From assembly GCA_035084275.1 (NCBI GenBank), contig CM068744.1, forward strand, positions 20,708,001-20,772,000: a stretch of DNA of 64,000 nt, given 5' to 3'. This stretch comes from Hydrolagus colliei (lineage: Eukaryota). This document shows positions 25,890 through 39,016 of this stretch, piece after piece (the stretch's first letter is position 1; each line of letters opens with the position of its first letter). The translations under genes and the position numbers were made by a program. The notes beneath the pieces are model-generated. The model saw only the letters and a program-made list of their open reading frames with translations, was not told the DNA's origin and did no database searches.

Positions 25890-27050
25890 CAACAACAACA
25901 ACAACAACAACAATTTACATTTATATAGCGCCTTTCACGTCGGGAGGACGTCCCAAGGCGCTAAACAAGAGGCGTGTGACCCGAGCTGGGAGGGGAGTGT
26001 TTGGGAAGGGGTGAAACATGAAGGGGAGGTAAAAGAGTTCGGGGTGGAACAAAAGGCACGATCGAAGAGGAAAGTCTTCAACTCAGCCTTGAAAGAGGAA
26101 AGGGAAGAGGCGAAACGGAGGGATTGAGGGATGGCATTCCATAAGGTGGGAGCAGAGAAACTGAAGGCCCGGCCTCCGATGGTGGGGCGGTTCGGGCGGG
26201 GGGCTTGGAGCAGGCCAAGTCCTGTTGAACGGAGGGTCCGGGTGGGCGTGTAGGGGGAGAGTAGATCGGTTAGGTAGGATGGGGCAAGGCCGTGCAAGGC
26301 CTTGTAGGTGAGGACGAGGATCTTAAATTCGATCCTCTGGAGGATGGGGAGCCAGTGGAGACGGGCGAGGGTGGGGGTTATGTGGTCACGGAGGCGGGTG
26401 CGGGATAGTACACGGGCTGCAGAGTTTTGAATGGCCTGCAGCCTATGAATGGAGGAACTGGGGAGGCTGATTAGGAGAGAATTTCCGTAATCCAGCCGTG
26501 AGGTGATGTACTATTTCGGCAGCGCGGGGGGTAAGATAATTACGGAGCCTGGCAATGTTGCGCAGATGGAAATAGGCGGTGCCAGTCAAGGCGCGGATGT
26601 GAGGGAGGAAGGAAAGTTTTTGATCGAACATGATGCCGAGGCTCCTGATTGGCTTTGTGAGGTGGAGAGTATAGCCTTGGATGTTGAGGCTGGCAGCGCC
26701 CGATGTGCGGAGGCGCTGGCTTGAGCCAATCAGGAGGGCCTCGGTCTTATTCACGTTCAATTGCAAAAAGTTGTCCCTCGTCCACGATTCGATGTCGGAC
26801 AGACATGCTGTCAGAACATCGATCGTCTGGGGGTTGAGGGATGAGGTACAAAGGTACAACTGGGTGTCATCCGCATACATGTGGAAATTTACCCCATGTC
26901 TGCGGATGACGTCGCCCAGGGGGAGCGTGTAAAGGGTGAAAAGGAGGGGACCGAGGACAGAGCCCTGAGGGACGCCGTGGGAAACTGTGCGGGGGTTTGA
27001 AGAAAAGCCATTGGAAGAAACAAAATGTAAACGATGGGTCAAATAAGAGT
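25890..27050 (-). mobile_element. Young 5'-truncated L2 LINE (RT C-terminal half and 3'UTR) inside an older SINE
   Basis: [16 protein letters not shown]...[12 protein letters not shown] motifs; CpG-rich; pure (CAA)n tail; TSD ctccaa (25884-25889, 27051-27056); the old SINE continues across the site. Confidence 0.95.
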
Positions 27051-27379
27051 CTCCAATGCAATCCTGGGAGTGTTCTGATTGCCGGAGGTGCCATCCTTTG
27101 CACAAGATTCAGAAATATAGACTGGCCTGTCTGTTCAGATTGACATTAAAAGAAAGGTGTTTCTCCCAATGTCCTGGCTAATAATACCCCAGAACAAAAA
27201 TATAGATGTTCATTTCATTTCTGTTTGTGGAACATTGTTATGCACAAATTAGCTGCTGTGTTGACCTACAAAACACACAGTCATTGCATTTTACAATAAA
27301 ATCCTGTGAAGTACTTTAAGACATTCTCCAAATGTAAACGGAACAATATGAAATGCAACCATTGTTATTGTATTTCCGC

Positions 27380-28232
27380 CCTGAGAGTGGATTTTGCTGA
27401 ACAGGAGTTCCTGCGAGCCAGCACAGCATAATTCCTTTTTAAAAATCATGTCGGAGATCACCTCATTAGACTCCAAAACCATAAACAAGAGTGTTCAATT
27501 AGCTTCAATGTAAATACTATATTTTCAAAAAATACTGTATTAACAACAACAAAACTGCACCTCAGTGAAACAATAAACACTGCACCTCAGTGAAACACTG
27601 TTCCCTAATAAAATGAACCTTCAGTTGCTGAGCTGTGCTAAACTGTGTCAATTTTCAGTTATACATATATCTATATATATATATAGTATATATAGAAAAA
27701 TGTCCCTGTAGTTTATTGATTAGCACTAATGTTACTGCTCGGGTCATCGGGACAAGCTTACTTTTAGCTAAGCAGGTAATGTCATCATAGGATACGCTTG
27801 ACATTTGTACATTTCATTCAGTCTCCTACTGGAAATGACGTAAATCTGTTTTGAATCCACAGGAAGTTTGAATGTAATTTCCTTAGATGAAGAACTGATT
27901 GGGTTCTCTTGTGGAAGAGGTGCTGTGTCGTGGAGACTTGGAGTTCATACCAGTTGGAAGTGTCAGCAAAGGAGCTGTGATAATAATCTGCTGCGCACTA
28001 ATACACATGGTACGTGATGAAAATAGTAAGAAGCACAGTGATTGAGAAGTTTTGAACACGGATGTGTTCTTCAGAATTCAATTAAATTGCCTGCCTGCTG
28101 CCCCAGAAGACATGTTATTGCGAATGCATGATTTAGTTATGCTCTTGCAACTGAAAGATATACAATTCTTATTTTATTGGGAGGACCTTGTTTTTTTTGG
28201 GATACATTTACTTCAGACTGAATCCACTGATA
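27380..28232 (-). pseudogene. Two pseudo-exons (27762-28232 and about 27380-27502)
   Basis: ttccattatttcag acceptor and aa|gtaagc donor; Ser/Thr-rich frame with several stops; then LFMVLESNEVISDMIFKKELCCAGSQELLFSKIHSQ. Confidence 0.5.
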
Positions 28233-29687
28233 CTGAAATAATGGAAAATGTCATTTTCTTATAAACAATTAGTGCTCTAGTCAGGCTCCTCATCCTGTAG
28301 CTAATGTACCAATTTATTTGAGAATAATAAATAGTTACAACAATTCACTGCTAAATTAGTTGCATACTGGAGCCTCTTGTATTTTATTAAAATAACTGTC
28401 CATTACTGCACACATTACCCTTCCAAAAAGACGTTTTGTGCTTTCAAGTGTATGAATGTTTGACACATTCTAAAGCAAACATATCTGACACAGTTAGAGA
28501 AGCGACAAAACAACGTTCTGACCTTATTTCTATCCATATTGTGAACATAAACGAACAGTTTAGATGAACGGCATAGGAACAATAACGTTATCATTTATTT
28601 TACGCCCCTCTCCAATCCCCCCCATCTCCCTCCTCCGGGTATTTATGCCACTGATTTTGTGAGGATGAGGAGTGAATGAGCAAAGGCTGATGCTGAAGCC
28701 TGCCTGCTTCACGTCTAATGGGTTTTATTAACTCTCAGCAAGGGCTGTCAGTGGGATTCTAACTCATAACAAAGACATATTGCAGCGCAGAAAAATATTG
28801 CAATCTGTTCAATCTTGCCCTATATTAAGGACTTTTGCCTGGATTACAACCTAGCACCTTTTAGAAAAAACTTCAGGGTATACATATATGCGTCTTAATT
28901 ATTTCCTCACTCTCCATGCAAAAAGGAAAAATACACATGAATAAAGGGAAAGAAGATATGTCACGTGGTCTTGAATGTCCACCTGAACAAGCAGGTAGCA
29001 CCTCGGTTTAATGTATCACCCAAAGGATGGCACCTCCAACAATGCAGCCCAACCCAAGGACTGCATTGGAATGCGAGTCTTGACTGTGTGTTCAAACTCC
29101 CAATAAAAGGCTTGAACCCTTATAGATGTGCTTAAAGGGATGAGGAATTTCTTGCTGCAGAAAGAGGAAGCCGACAGACTGTTCCCAAAAGGTTTACTAC
29201 GTATCTCGTAAGATATTTTTTTAATAAAAAAACATATTGGATTGTTTTGTTTTTTGGTCACACACAGTGATTCTCAGTCCCTCTCCTCAGTAAACTGACA
29301 TGGTGCCACAGTCACAATAATAATCTTTGTATTTGATATAACATCTTGTCACATTGTTGAGACATCTCAAAGCACTTTACAGAATATATTGTAAAGTGAC
29401 TGTGTATTTTGTGAGCAAAATGTGGCACTCAGTTGAATAGTAATTACTTCTAAGGAATTTGAGGTGTTTGAGGCACAATAACACACAACAAAATTACATT
29501 TGTATAGTGCCTTTCATGTTGGGAGGACACATGACAAAAATGCAACTGTTTTCTTTTGTTCTGCCTTTTTTGGCGGAGTTTGCTTTACACCTTTCAAGGA
29601 CATATTCATTTTGATAGAAACCAGTCAAAGTAGGAAGGACTGGAAGCAAATCAAAGCCTGATGACTGATTCATTGATCATTAGACAG

Positions 29688-30499
29688 TAAAGTCCGGCGA
29701 TATATCGATATATTGCTAAAACTCAATATAATTTTCATATCGATACACCGATATAGGCATTTCAAAAATATCGATATATCGAAACATCAATATATCGAGG
29801 GAAAAAATTGGAATGTGCGCGCACTGAACTACAAGACCAAGAATGCTCATCTCTATACACAATGCACAGACCGAGGTGCAAAGCCGCCATATTGTATTCA
29901 TAGTCCTAGAATACAATATACAGGTATGCAAAGGGTGAGGGGAGAGAGATGGCTGGGGGTGGGAGGGGGAGAGAAACGGCTGTGGGGGGGAGGGGGAGAG
30001 AGACGGCTGGGGGTGGGAGGGGGGAGAGAGACGGCGGGGGGGGGGGGGAGGGGGAAAGGGATGGCTGGGGGGGGGTGGGTGGGGGGGGAGAGGGACGACT
30101 GGGGGGGGGGAGGGGGTGGGGGGGGAGAGGGACGACTGGGGGGGGGGAGGGGGTGGGGGGGGAGAGGGACGACGGGGGGTGGGAGAGAGGGGGGGTGGCA
30201 GTGGGGGGGAGGAGAGAGGGATGGCGGGGGTGGGGTGAGAGACAGGGTGGATGTGATAATATACAGATAGATAGAGATGGGGGGGATGTGAGAGAGGAGA
30301 GAGACACAGAGACACAGACAGAAAAACACAGAGATGGAGAGAATGAGTGTGAAAGACTCAGAGAGAGAAAGATATTTATCTCCTGAGGAGATAGGCCCGG
30401 AATGCGCGCGCAGTACGAAAAACCCAAAAATATCGATATTTCGGTATATGAGCCCATCGATATATCTAAATCGGAAAATTTCCATATCGACGGACCCTA
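29688..30499 (+). mobile_element. Non-autonomous hAT-type element with a G-rich core
   Basis: 8-bp TSD ttagacag (29680-29687, 30500-30507); imperfect TIR taaagtccggcgata / tatcgacggacccta; subterminal ATATCG arrays. Confidence 0.92.
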
Positions 30500-30925
30500 T
30501 TAGACAGTATATTCATTTTACACAAAAAAGAATGATTCCCCAAGAAATAAACTGCTCTGTTAAGGGGATTTCACATTTGATCTTCAAAACAAAAGCTGAT
30601 ATATTAGATACATAAGTATATCTAAAGACTAACCTGCTGGAAATAACTGACTTGCAAATCCATCATAAGGACTTGTTTGCATTTTAAAGGGTGAAATAGA
30701 GCATTGGAACATCTGAAAAAGCATTGAATTCACCAGTTGACTGATACTCATAAATCTTGGAACATATTCTGTTAAAAAAACAAATAATTTGTGACAACAA
30801 CAAATAGTATTTCATCCATTTGCAGCACATTTATGAACAATTCAAAGGGCTGGAGCTCAAGTGAACAGTTTCCTATACCTTTACTGCCTCAGAGCAGTTT
30901 ACCCAACATAAAATTCATAAAATAC

Positions 30926-31674
30926 CTGTGCATTCTCCATCTGTGCACTGTATTTACTCTGAATTTGATGGACACATTTGCAGTTTAGTTTCCTCAGTGA
31001 CCCACATGCTATGTTTCTGCCTTTTTCTACAAAGACCACAATGTTATTCATTTATTTCAATTTCCGCAATTCGGCCCCCCCAAATCCTAAATAAATGATT
31101 TCAGTCTGCTCCTTATCCGACTTCTAGCTTGGACCCAGGAGTGAAGGATCAGTACCTATGGGATCAGAAATAAATGTATTCTTTTATTTCACTGAGAACT
31201 GCTTAAATGTTATTCAACTTGTCATGCTTCATTTTGGTGGTTTTAGGCTGACTACAATAGTGGTCCATTGGATGTGTCAATCAAAACTCGATAAATCCTG
31301 GAATAAATCACAAGTGGAATAATCTATTTACGCCACACTATTTTAATGTAGAGTTGAATGACTTCAGGAATATAGGAAAATAAATGTTGGCTAGATCACT
31401 GTACTCTTCCTCTATTTCTGATTTATTTTAGCCAGTGATTCTTTGCCAATTATCTGCAGTACAGTCAAATGTGACCGTAAATCTTACCTGAGGCTATTTG
31501 TCTATATTTGTATATTCATGCATTCCAATGAGGTACAGGACTATTCCAGAGCAAAAAAAGTGTGTGCCTCCTACAAACTTAAGAATGCTAACACATACTG
31601 TTATCTTGGAAAAGCACAAAAAGATTCGACACTCTGAGACAAGTCATGCACTGCACATGAAAATTAATCAGGAC
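30926..31674 (-). pseudogene. Two candidate pseudo-exons (30926-31026, 31488-31674)
   Basis: ctttgtag...cag|gtattt (KGRNIACGSLRKLNCKCVHQIQSKYSAQMENAQ) and ttgttcag...cag|gtaag. Confidence 0.45.
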
Positions 31675-32829
31675 CTGAACAATTAAATGAGGTCTTGGTA
31701 CAAAATGAGTTTCTAAGACTGTTCTTCAACAATTAGGGAAACAGGACTCTCCAGGTTGGAAAAACATAGCACAATTGTGTCATGTTTGGATATTAATAGC
31801 TATCAACTCAACACAAAGTTACAAGCATGCCAATCAAGCAGTTAATTAAGAAACCAATGGCATGTATTATTATTGTTACGTAACTCAGAAATTAAACAAT
31901 AGGAGAAACACAATGGCTTCTGAGATCCTGATAAACAAATTAATCGATTTAAAAATATATATATATTATGCCTGGAATAATTTATTCTTAATATTCAAAA
32001 TACTTTCCAAAAATAAACTAGTTTTTATATTTACACCTTTAACTATTTATGCATCCAGTCAACAATTTAAGCTAGATCGCAATTTATATAATTTTTGCCA
32101 GTGTACATCTGTTGCCCATTAACAATGACAAGGTACAGTATCAGGGTCAAGAGTTTATAGGCAAACACATTTTTGTCAGTACAAAGCAAAGCCTTGTTTT
32201 AATTGTGTTGCCAATAAAAGTTAACACCACAGTGTGTATTGGGGGCTGGATTTCTGGTCAATTCAGTGCTGTGTGCTGGCATTCCAGGTAGCAGCACTGC
32301 ACTGTATCTGTCTGGATGGTGGGTTTCAATTCTGAAATTGTCTTTGGGTATCTGAAATAAGTATTTTAAAGCTCATGATGGAAGACAAATTAAGCCATTA
32401 AATGGTCAGAAGCTCCAATAAAAGTGGCCAATTTGCAGTTTCTAACCAATGTGAGGCAAAATTGCTTCCAGCACACTGCCATCACTGGCCAGCAAGCATA
32501 CACAATTATCCTGTGCTAATTGAAGGAATGCATGAAATCAAGTAATGCTCATAAAATATTAAACTACTGTATTTGGAAAAGTTAAAATCAGAAATTTAGA
32601 TTATATATCTATATTTAACCTAATATTTAAATTTTTTGAAGAGACTTCACTTAAACATTCTTTCCAGATGTTACAATTAAAACTTCTGATCATTATTCAT
32701 AGTTTTCTACTTTATACAGTATTTGGGATTGGTCTAGTTTGTTATTTTCTATCCTGTACTTTCTGTAGCATGGAGACCATCTAAAACAGTGGTCAACATT
32801 CCAGGCTTGCTCTGCACAGTGCATTTTAA

Positions 32830-33240
32830 ACAACAACAACAACAACAAAATTACACTTGTATAGCGCCTTTCATGTCAGAAGGACGTCCCAAGGTAGTGG
32901 ACAGTCATTGTTTCAGACCCGAGCTGGGGATAGGGAGGTTGGAGGGAAAGGGGGGGATTTGGAGTGACTGATGGGACATCAAAGAGGAGGGACTTGAAGG
33001 AGGCCAGGGAGGGGGCAAGATGGAGGGTCTGCGGGATGGAGTTCCAGAGGTTGGCGAAAGAATGGCTAAAGGCTCGCCCGCCAATGGTGGGGTGGGTGAG
33101 TCACAGGATGTGGAGCAGGCAGGAACCTGCAGTGGAGGGGGAGGGCAGGTTTGTAGGGGGTTAGGAGGTTGTGGATGTAGGGTGGGGCGAGGCCGTGGAG
33201 GGCTTTGAATGTGAGGACCAGGATCTTGAATGGGATCTTT
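32830..33240 (-). mobile_element. L2 3' fragment
   Basis: FKILVLTFKALHGLAPPY motif; (CAA)n tail. Confidence 0.85.
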
Positions 33241-33376
33241 CTGTAACTTCTGTATGGATTATACACTGAACGTAGAACTGGAGCTAATGAGACAAAATCT
33301 GGTCAATATTTCCCTATGGTGGCTGGCATTAAACTTTACAAATGGAGTAAGATAATTGGAAAACTTCGTCCTCTAC

Positions 33377-33688
33377 CTTGGCACAATGGTAGAGTCCAAG
33401 ACAATCTCCAATTAAAAATTATTTTGGGGTTTACCAGCAAGGAAACCAACTGAATAAAAGGTTGACTTCTGAAAACATCACAAGCTTTGTGGGGGTGAAT
33501 GTTCGTGGCACACTGGGTTCAGGAATAACATGGAAAGCTATATCTGATTAGGAACATATGTGATGCTAGACAGAAGATCGAGGGCTATCCAATTTGCCTT
33601 CCATCATCCTGGAAGTCGCATGCATGTGTCACGTCCTGAACTACTTTAATACTGTGTCCCAAAATATTATTTCCAGAAAGAAGTCTTT
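33377..33688 (-). pseudogene. Candidate pseudo-exon
   Basis: RLLSGNNILGHSIKVVQDVTHACDF / SDIAFHVIPEPSVPRTFTPTKLVMFSEV; aag|gtagag donor. Confidence 0.4.
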
Positions 33689-33714
33689 CTAATTTACATT
33701 TCAAAGAATGAACA

Positions 33715-34202
33715 CCATCAGCGGGTGAGCCTTCAGCCACTCCCTTGACCCTGTGTCCTCCTGATCTGAAAGGCACTATACAAATATAATTTTGTTGTTG
33801 TTGTCGATGTTCAACTTTAAAGCCCTCCATCGCCTTGCCCCACCCTACCTCTACGACCTCCTAACACCCTACCAACCTGCCTGCTCCCTGCACTCAGCAG
33901 GTTCCGGCCTGCTCCCTGTCTCCCAACCCATCCACCCCACCATCGGCAGGCGAGCCTTCAGCCACTTTACCTCCAAATTCTGGAATTCAATCCCACGGTC
34001 CCTCCACCTCGCCGCCCTCCCTAGCCTCATTCAAGTCCCACCTCAAGACTCTACTCTTTGACGGTCCCATCAGTAACCCTAAATCCCCTCCTTTCCTTCC
34101 ACCATCCCAACCCCTTCTTAAGTTTGAACCGACTGTCCAGCACCTTGGGATGACTTCCCGATGTGAAAGGTGCTATACAAATGTAATTTTGTTGTTGTTG
34201 TT
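33715..34202 (+). mobile_element. Two L2 3' fragments
   Basis: FKALHRLAPPYLYDLLTPYQP; GTT tails near 33803 and 34202. Confidence 0.85.
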
Positions 34203-34379
34203 GATAGGCCAGTTAACGCGATGTAAATGCCAGAGTGAAATTATAATATTTGATATTGCTTTGCTCGTAATAATTAACACAAGTAATACATTATGAAATG
34301 CCTCAAACTTTACCCATATGTTTCCATTTATCTTCTTTCTAATGCTTACAAGTATTGTGTAACCTGTTTCACACATTGT

Positions 34380-35260
34380 CACTTCCTTATTTTGCTTTCT
34401 ACAATGATACGTACTTCAATCGTACAGTATTCTAAAGCTCCAACATAGTGGAACATACATTTGGATGATTGTAAATCCTTTGCTACACCAAAGGTACATA
34501 ATCTGTGGTTATCAAGCAATTTTGCCAAGAGGTTAACATGACAGATGACAACTATCTTGAACTGGCATCCCATCCAACAGACAAATGATTTCATCGGGGT
34601 CAGTCCACAAAGGTATTTAGTGCTTTATATATAATAATATATAATAATAATAATAATCCTTGCATTTGATATAGCGCTTTCCACATCTTATCAACATCCC
34701 AAAGCGCTTCACAGAATATACTGTAAAGTGAATTGACTGTTTATATTTGTGGGCGAATCGTGGCGGCTAATTGCGCACAGCAGTGTCCCACACACAGTCA
34801 TGGATTGAAATGACCAATTTTATTGTTGTGTTTTTATTTTGGAGGGATTATTATTAGGCGTGTGGAGTAAGGAAACTTGCCCAAGGTTTCGCCCTGACCT
34901 GCCTGGATTCGAACACAGGTCTCCCCAGCTTGGTCTCCCCAGCTTGCAAGTGCTCTAACCACTGAACCACAGGAGCTCCACTTTAGAGTGACACATACAA
35001 TCTAAGAATGTAAACACTGACATTTGGGTCGCAACACTGGTTTAGTAAGAGATGTGCTAGAAGATTAGCCACAAAGCTGAAATAATTTGGTGGACAAGCA
35101 ACTAAAAGGAAAGTGAAACCTATTTCTGCAACAGATACTAATGTGAAGACTCGTTGTCACCAGCTTGCCTGAGATACACAGACAAAATCAGTTCCAAACC
35201 TCAGAATATCTGAACAGTCTTTTAGCAGTAAAGGAAAAAGTTGCTTCTCTTTCCAACATT
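34380..35260 (-). pseudogene. Candidate large pseudo-exon split by the SINE at 34628-34980
   Basis: FTFLLVACPPNYFSFVANLLAHLLLNQCCDPNVSVYILRLYV on one side; VNLLAKLLDNHRLCTFGVAKDLQSS on the other. Confidence 0.35.
34628..34980 (-). mobile_element. Full-length young tRNA/Deu SINE
   Basis: A-box-like gtggttcagtgg and B-box-like gttcgaatcc; internal duplication tctccccagcttg; TAT tail. Confidence 0.92.
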
Positions 35261-35589
35261 AATCTCAATGGGGTGAATGCTGTGATGAATTATGTGAGTA
35301 TCTTGTGATGTGGTGCAACCTTTGTACTGAAGTCCAGAGGGGAGGGAAAGGGGAAACATAGATTGTGGTTAATTCATGCATCTTTAAGGTTCATTTGCCT
35401 AACTGAGTGTCTGATGATTGTACTCCTATTACTCCTTCCATTTGATACATTGCTTTCACATTGGAAGGGCATCTTAAAGCGCTTCTCAGAATTTATTGCA
35501 AATGTCAATTTTAACTGATGGATTGATGGCCAGGATACTGAGAGAAACTACCTTCTCTTTTCAAATTGAGTTGTGGGACCCTTAATGTT

Positions 35590-35920
35590 ATAATAATAAT
35601 AATTCTTGCATTTCATATAACACTTTTCATATCTTATCAATGTCCCAAAGCGCTTCACAGAATATATTGTAAAGTGAATTGACTGTATATTTGTGGGCGA
35701 ATCGCGGCAGCCAATTGCGCACAGTAGTGTCCCACACACAGTCGTGGATTGAAATGACCAATTTTATTATTGTGGTTTTTTTTGAGGGATTATTATTAGG
35801 CGTGTGGAGTAAGGAAACTTGCCCAAGGTTTCGCCCTGACCTGCCTGGATTCGAACACAGATCTCCCCAGCTTGGTCTCCCCAGCTTGCAACACTCCAAT
35901 CATTAAGCCACAGGAGCTCC
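35590..35920 (-). mobile_element. Full-length young tRNA/Deu SINE, near-identical to 34628-34980
   Basis: Same sequence, including the internal duplication. Confidence 0.92.
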
Positions 35921-36459
35921 ACATTGGAAGGGCATCTTAAGTGTAAGTAACTGACAAAGGTCATTTCAGCTATAAAAGCAATTTTTATCATTTTCCCAAC
36001 AACTCTCTTTGCTGGAATTCCATTTGCTAAATCTAAGATTTAAATTCAGCCAGTAATGAAGTGCATTCAAAGACAAATCAATCTGAAGATGTTTTACAAG
36101 TTCTAACTGTAATTCCTGTTCTGCTTCCTGGATTCAATACAAAATTACAATCTTTATTATGAAATTAATGAATGGGGCATCAGCCTCTATCAAGGTTCAA
36201 GACTTCAAAGTCTGGAGTCTACTGCACATTTTGTCTGCTGCTTCAAGTCATATGAAATGTAAGAAAATGTAGATCTAAATATGCCGACATTGATATATCA
36301 ACACAATAACATAACAATAATAATCCTTGTATTTGATATTCTGTAGTATCTTTCCATGTTTTCAAGATGTCTGTATATTTTGTGGGTGAAACACATTAGC
36401 CAATTGTACAAAGCTTAATATAATGGGTATATATCCAGTATATCCAGTGAAGCGCTTTG

Positions 36460-36833
36460 AGCTTTGTGTTCAAATCCATTCACTCTATGGGATCTCCCTA
36501 CCTCTCCGACCTACGATTCCCCAGTCTACCACCCGTCACTTCCGCTCGATTGGCACTGGCCTCCTGCTTGTCCAACGCACCCTCCACCCCACCATTGGAG
36601 GAAGTATTTTCAGCCATGACTACCCAAAACTCTGGAACAGTTTCCCTCAAACCCTTCATGTTGCTCCCTCTCTCCATTTTTCCAAGTCCTGCCAGAAAAC
36701 CTTCCTGTTCGACTATACTTACTTGCACTTGCCCACCCCACCACCCCTCCCCCCTGGCTTGGAGTCACTGTTTATCACTCTAAGACGCTACCTTGCATTG
36801 AAGGCGATATGTAAGTGCAAGTTGTTGTTGTTG
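36460..36833 (+). mobile_element. L2 3' fragment
   Basis: VFKSIHSMGSPYLSDL; HPTIGG...PKLWNS; GTT tail. Confidence 0.8.
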
Positions 36834-37129
36834 CTGAAGAGTGAAAAACACTTTATCAAATGTATGGATTATCAACTCCCAGCTGCTGCTGTTTTTGATA
36901 CTTGAATGTTCTGATGAGTCCCAGTGCACTGCACTGTATCAATGATAATTTAGTCACACAAAATTTGGCTCTAATCTGTTTTACATCATATGCATGGCTC
37001 AGATTTCATCTTTAATCAAGTAAGTAATTTGCACAAAACAGACCCACTGTATTATTCCAGTACTTTAGTCAAGGCACACTTACAGTATTGCGAACAATTC
37101 TAGTTACTGCAACATAAAGGGCTGATAAA

Positions 37130-37540
37130 GTCGTGAACGCAGTGTATAGAGAGAAACAAGGATGGTCCTCAATGTGAGAGGAATTAGCTATGGAGAACAA
37201 TTGAGTAAGATAGGGCTCTTCAGTCTTGAGAAGAAAAACATCCCAGGGGGATCTGCATTATTGTACAAGATTTTGAAAAGGATTGAAAAAATAAATCCAG
37301 AACGATACTTTTGAATGCAGTAATGCATTAGAACACAGACACAGGTTTAGATTTGCAAAGGGTAATTTCAGAACAAACACCAGGAAGTATTTATTTACCC
37401 AGAGGGTAATCAATGTCTGTAACATTGCTATGTTAGCAATGTCAGTTCAATGCTATTTGGGAAGACAATAGAGTTTGCATTGTACAAGGAGTGATGAGAT
37501 GGACCAAATGGCCTTCTTTATCCAAACCGATCTTGTGATA
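37130..37540 (+). mobile_element. Old CR1 3' fragment
   Basis: SYGEQLSKIGLFSLEKK-like coding and tttacccagagggtaatcaatgtctg. Confidence 0.65.
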
Positions 37541-38895
37541 CTTCGATCAAGTAGTATGGGAAACAGGATAGAAATCGGTGGAGGCTCATATTGAAGATAG
37601 GTTAGTTGGATTGATTGGCTGATGTCTGTTTTTTTCAGCAGAACCAATCTTGTAATCTTATGAGTTAAAAATCCCACAGTTTTAATAAATGTTTAAAATG
37701 TGTAAACTCTAAAAATGCACCTCCCCAATGGCAAAATACAAATCACCAGAATTGAGATGTATTATCCAGAATTAAATCTTTCAGTTACAAATGAAAACAA
37801 GACTATTCCACAATTGGGAGACAAATATTCCAAGCTCCGTGAACCAACCACTGAAATGTTTTCAGCTCACCCATTACAATAGAATCCCGAAACAAACCCT
37901 GGTAATAAAGCACTGATAAATTTCATCTGCTTGTCAACAATTTGGATGTGAAAAGATCTAAATAATCTCTATGAGTAGTTCTAGACAAGAAGATTGTTGT
38001 TTTTAGTTCCATAAATTTGTAAAAAAAAAAAAAATTCAGGCATAGTGAAAGGATCTGTAACTCATCCATCGAATGACCCTCTCCTAAAATATGCTGGAAA
38101 TCTAGGACAAGATATTCCTAGCATCTCTCGTAAATATAACAATATTGATGAAGGTGCTCTAACAGTAACATTTTCATTGTATTAAAGCACTAGTCAAAAT
38201 CACTACACTTGGCCTCTGGAGGAATTTCCTCTTCCCCAAAGTATATATTTATGATAGTTACACTTAATCTTGTCCTCCATCCTTCTCATAAAAATGATAG
38301 GAATTGACAGTACGGAAGTCCCATCAAGTCTACATTGGTTCTCAGAGCAAAGTGTTCATTCAATCCCACCGCCTTGCTTTGTCCCAGACCCCTTCAAGGC
38401 TCTTTCTTTCGTATACATGTCTACTTTTCTTTTGAAACCCACAATAGACCCTGCTTCTACCACCGTTGTTTAATAAGTTTGCTGGTTGGCATTGTGAAAC
38501 TCTTATAATGCCCATTTTGGGGAGATACTTGGTGAGATACTATGAATACCACATGCAATGTGGCAACATGTACTCCACAATTGATGCAGTGTACTGAATT
38601 AGACACATAGGCTAATCCCAAATTCCCATAGATCATATAAAGCTCCTCTACATAACAATCCTTCCAAATAATTGATGGACTCTGCCTCAACTATGGTTTA
38701 TGTCAGATAATTTGAATTTCCAACTGCAATTTCCATATAAAGAAATGTTTTCCAACCTCCCAATAAAGTCACCAAGTTATTGGTGAGTCAGAGAGAGATG
38801 TTGTGATCACCCAATAAACAAATCTATCAGAAATGTAGTTGTTTCTTTTGCCACAGATCGAAACAGTAAAATAAACAATTTTTTATTTTCTTTAC

Positions 38896-39016
38896 CTCTA
38901 CAGTATTCATGCAAACTGTCTGGGTAGCTTTAAGTTATACCCACGGTATGCTTTTATGGCTTGCAGTTCATAGTGTGCTGTAGATGTTTTACTTATGAAG
39001 TACTGTTCCAATCACG
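38896..39016 (-). pseudogene. Pseudo-exon
   Basis: ttacttttccag acceptor and gag|gtaaag donor; LEQYFISKTSTAHYELQAIKAYRGYNLKLPRQFA*. Confidence 0.5.

Noticed and set aside
26443-27105. 220-aa RT ORF as a host gene
   Set aside because: It is a 5'-truncated, frameshifted L2 copy whose start codon comes from flanking SINE sequence.
27553-27598. Short direct repeats (actgcacctcagtgaaaca twice; others near 3272, 4419 and 14549) as a CRISPR-like array
   Set aside because: These are two-copy local duplications with no repeat-spacer array, in eukaryotic DNA.
29713-30485. Overlapping 145-199 aa Pro- or Gly-rich ORFs (also 54588-55372)
   Set aside because: They are artefacts of the G-run core of a TIR/TSD-bounded non-autonomous element.
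34900-34980. tRNA genes at SINE heads
   Set aside because: The A/B-box-like heads run directly into the SINE body and tail; no complete cloverleaf or terminator.
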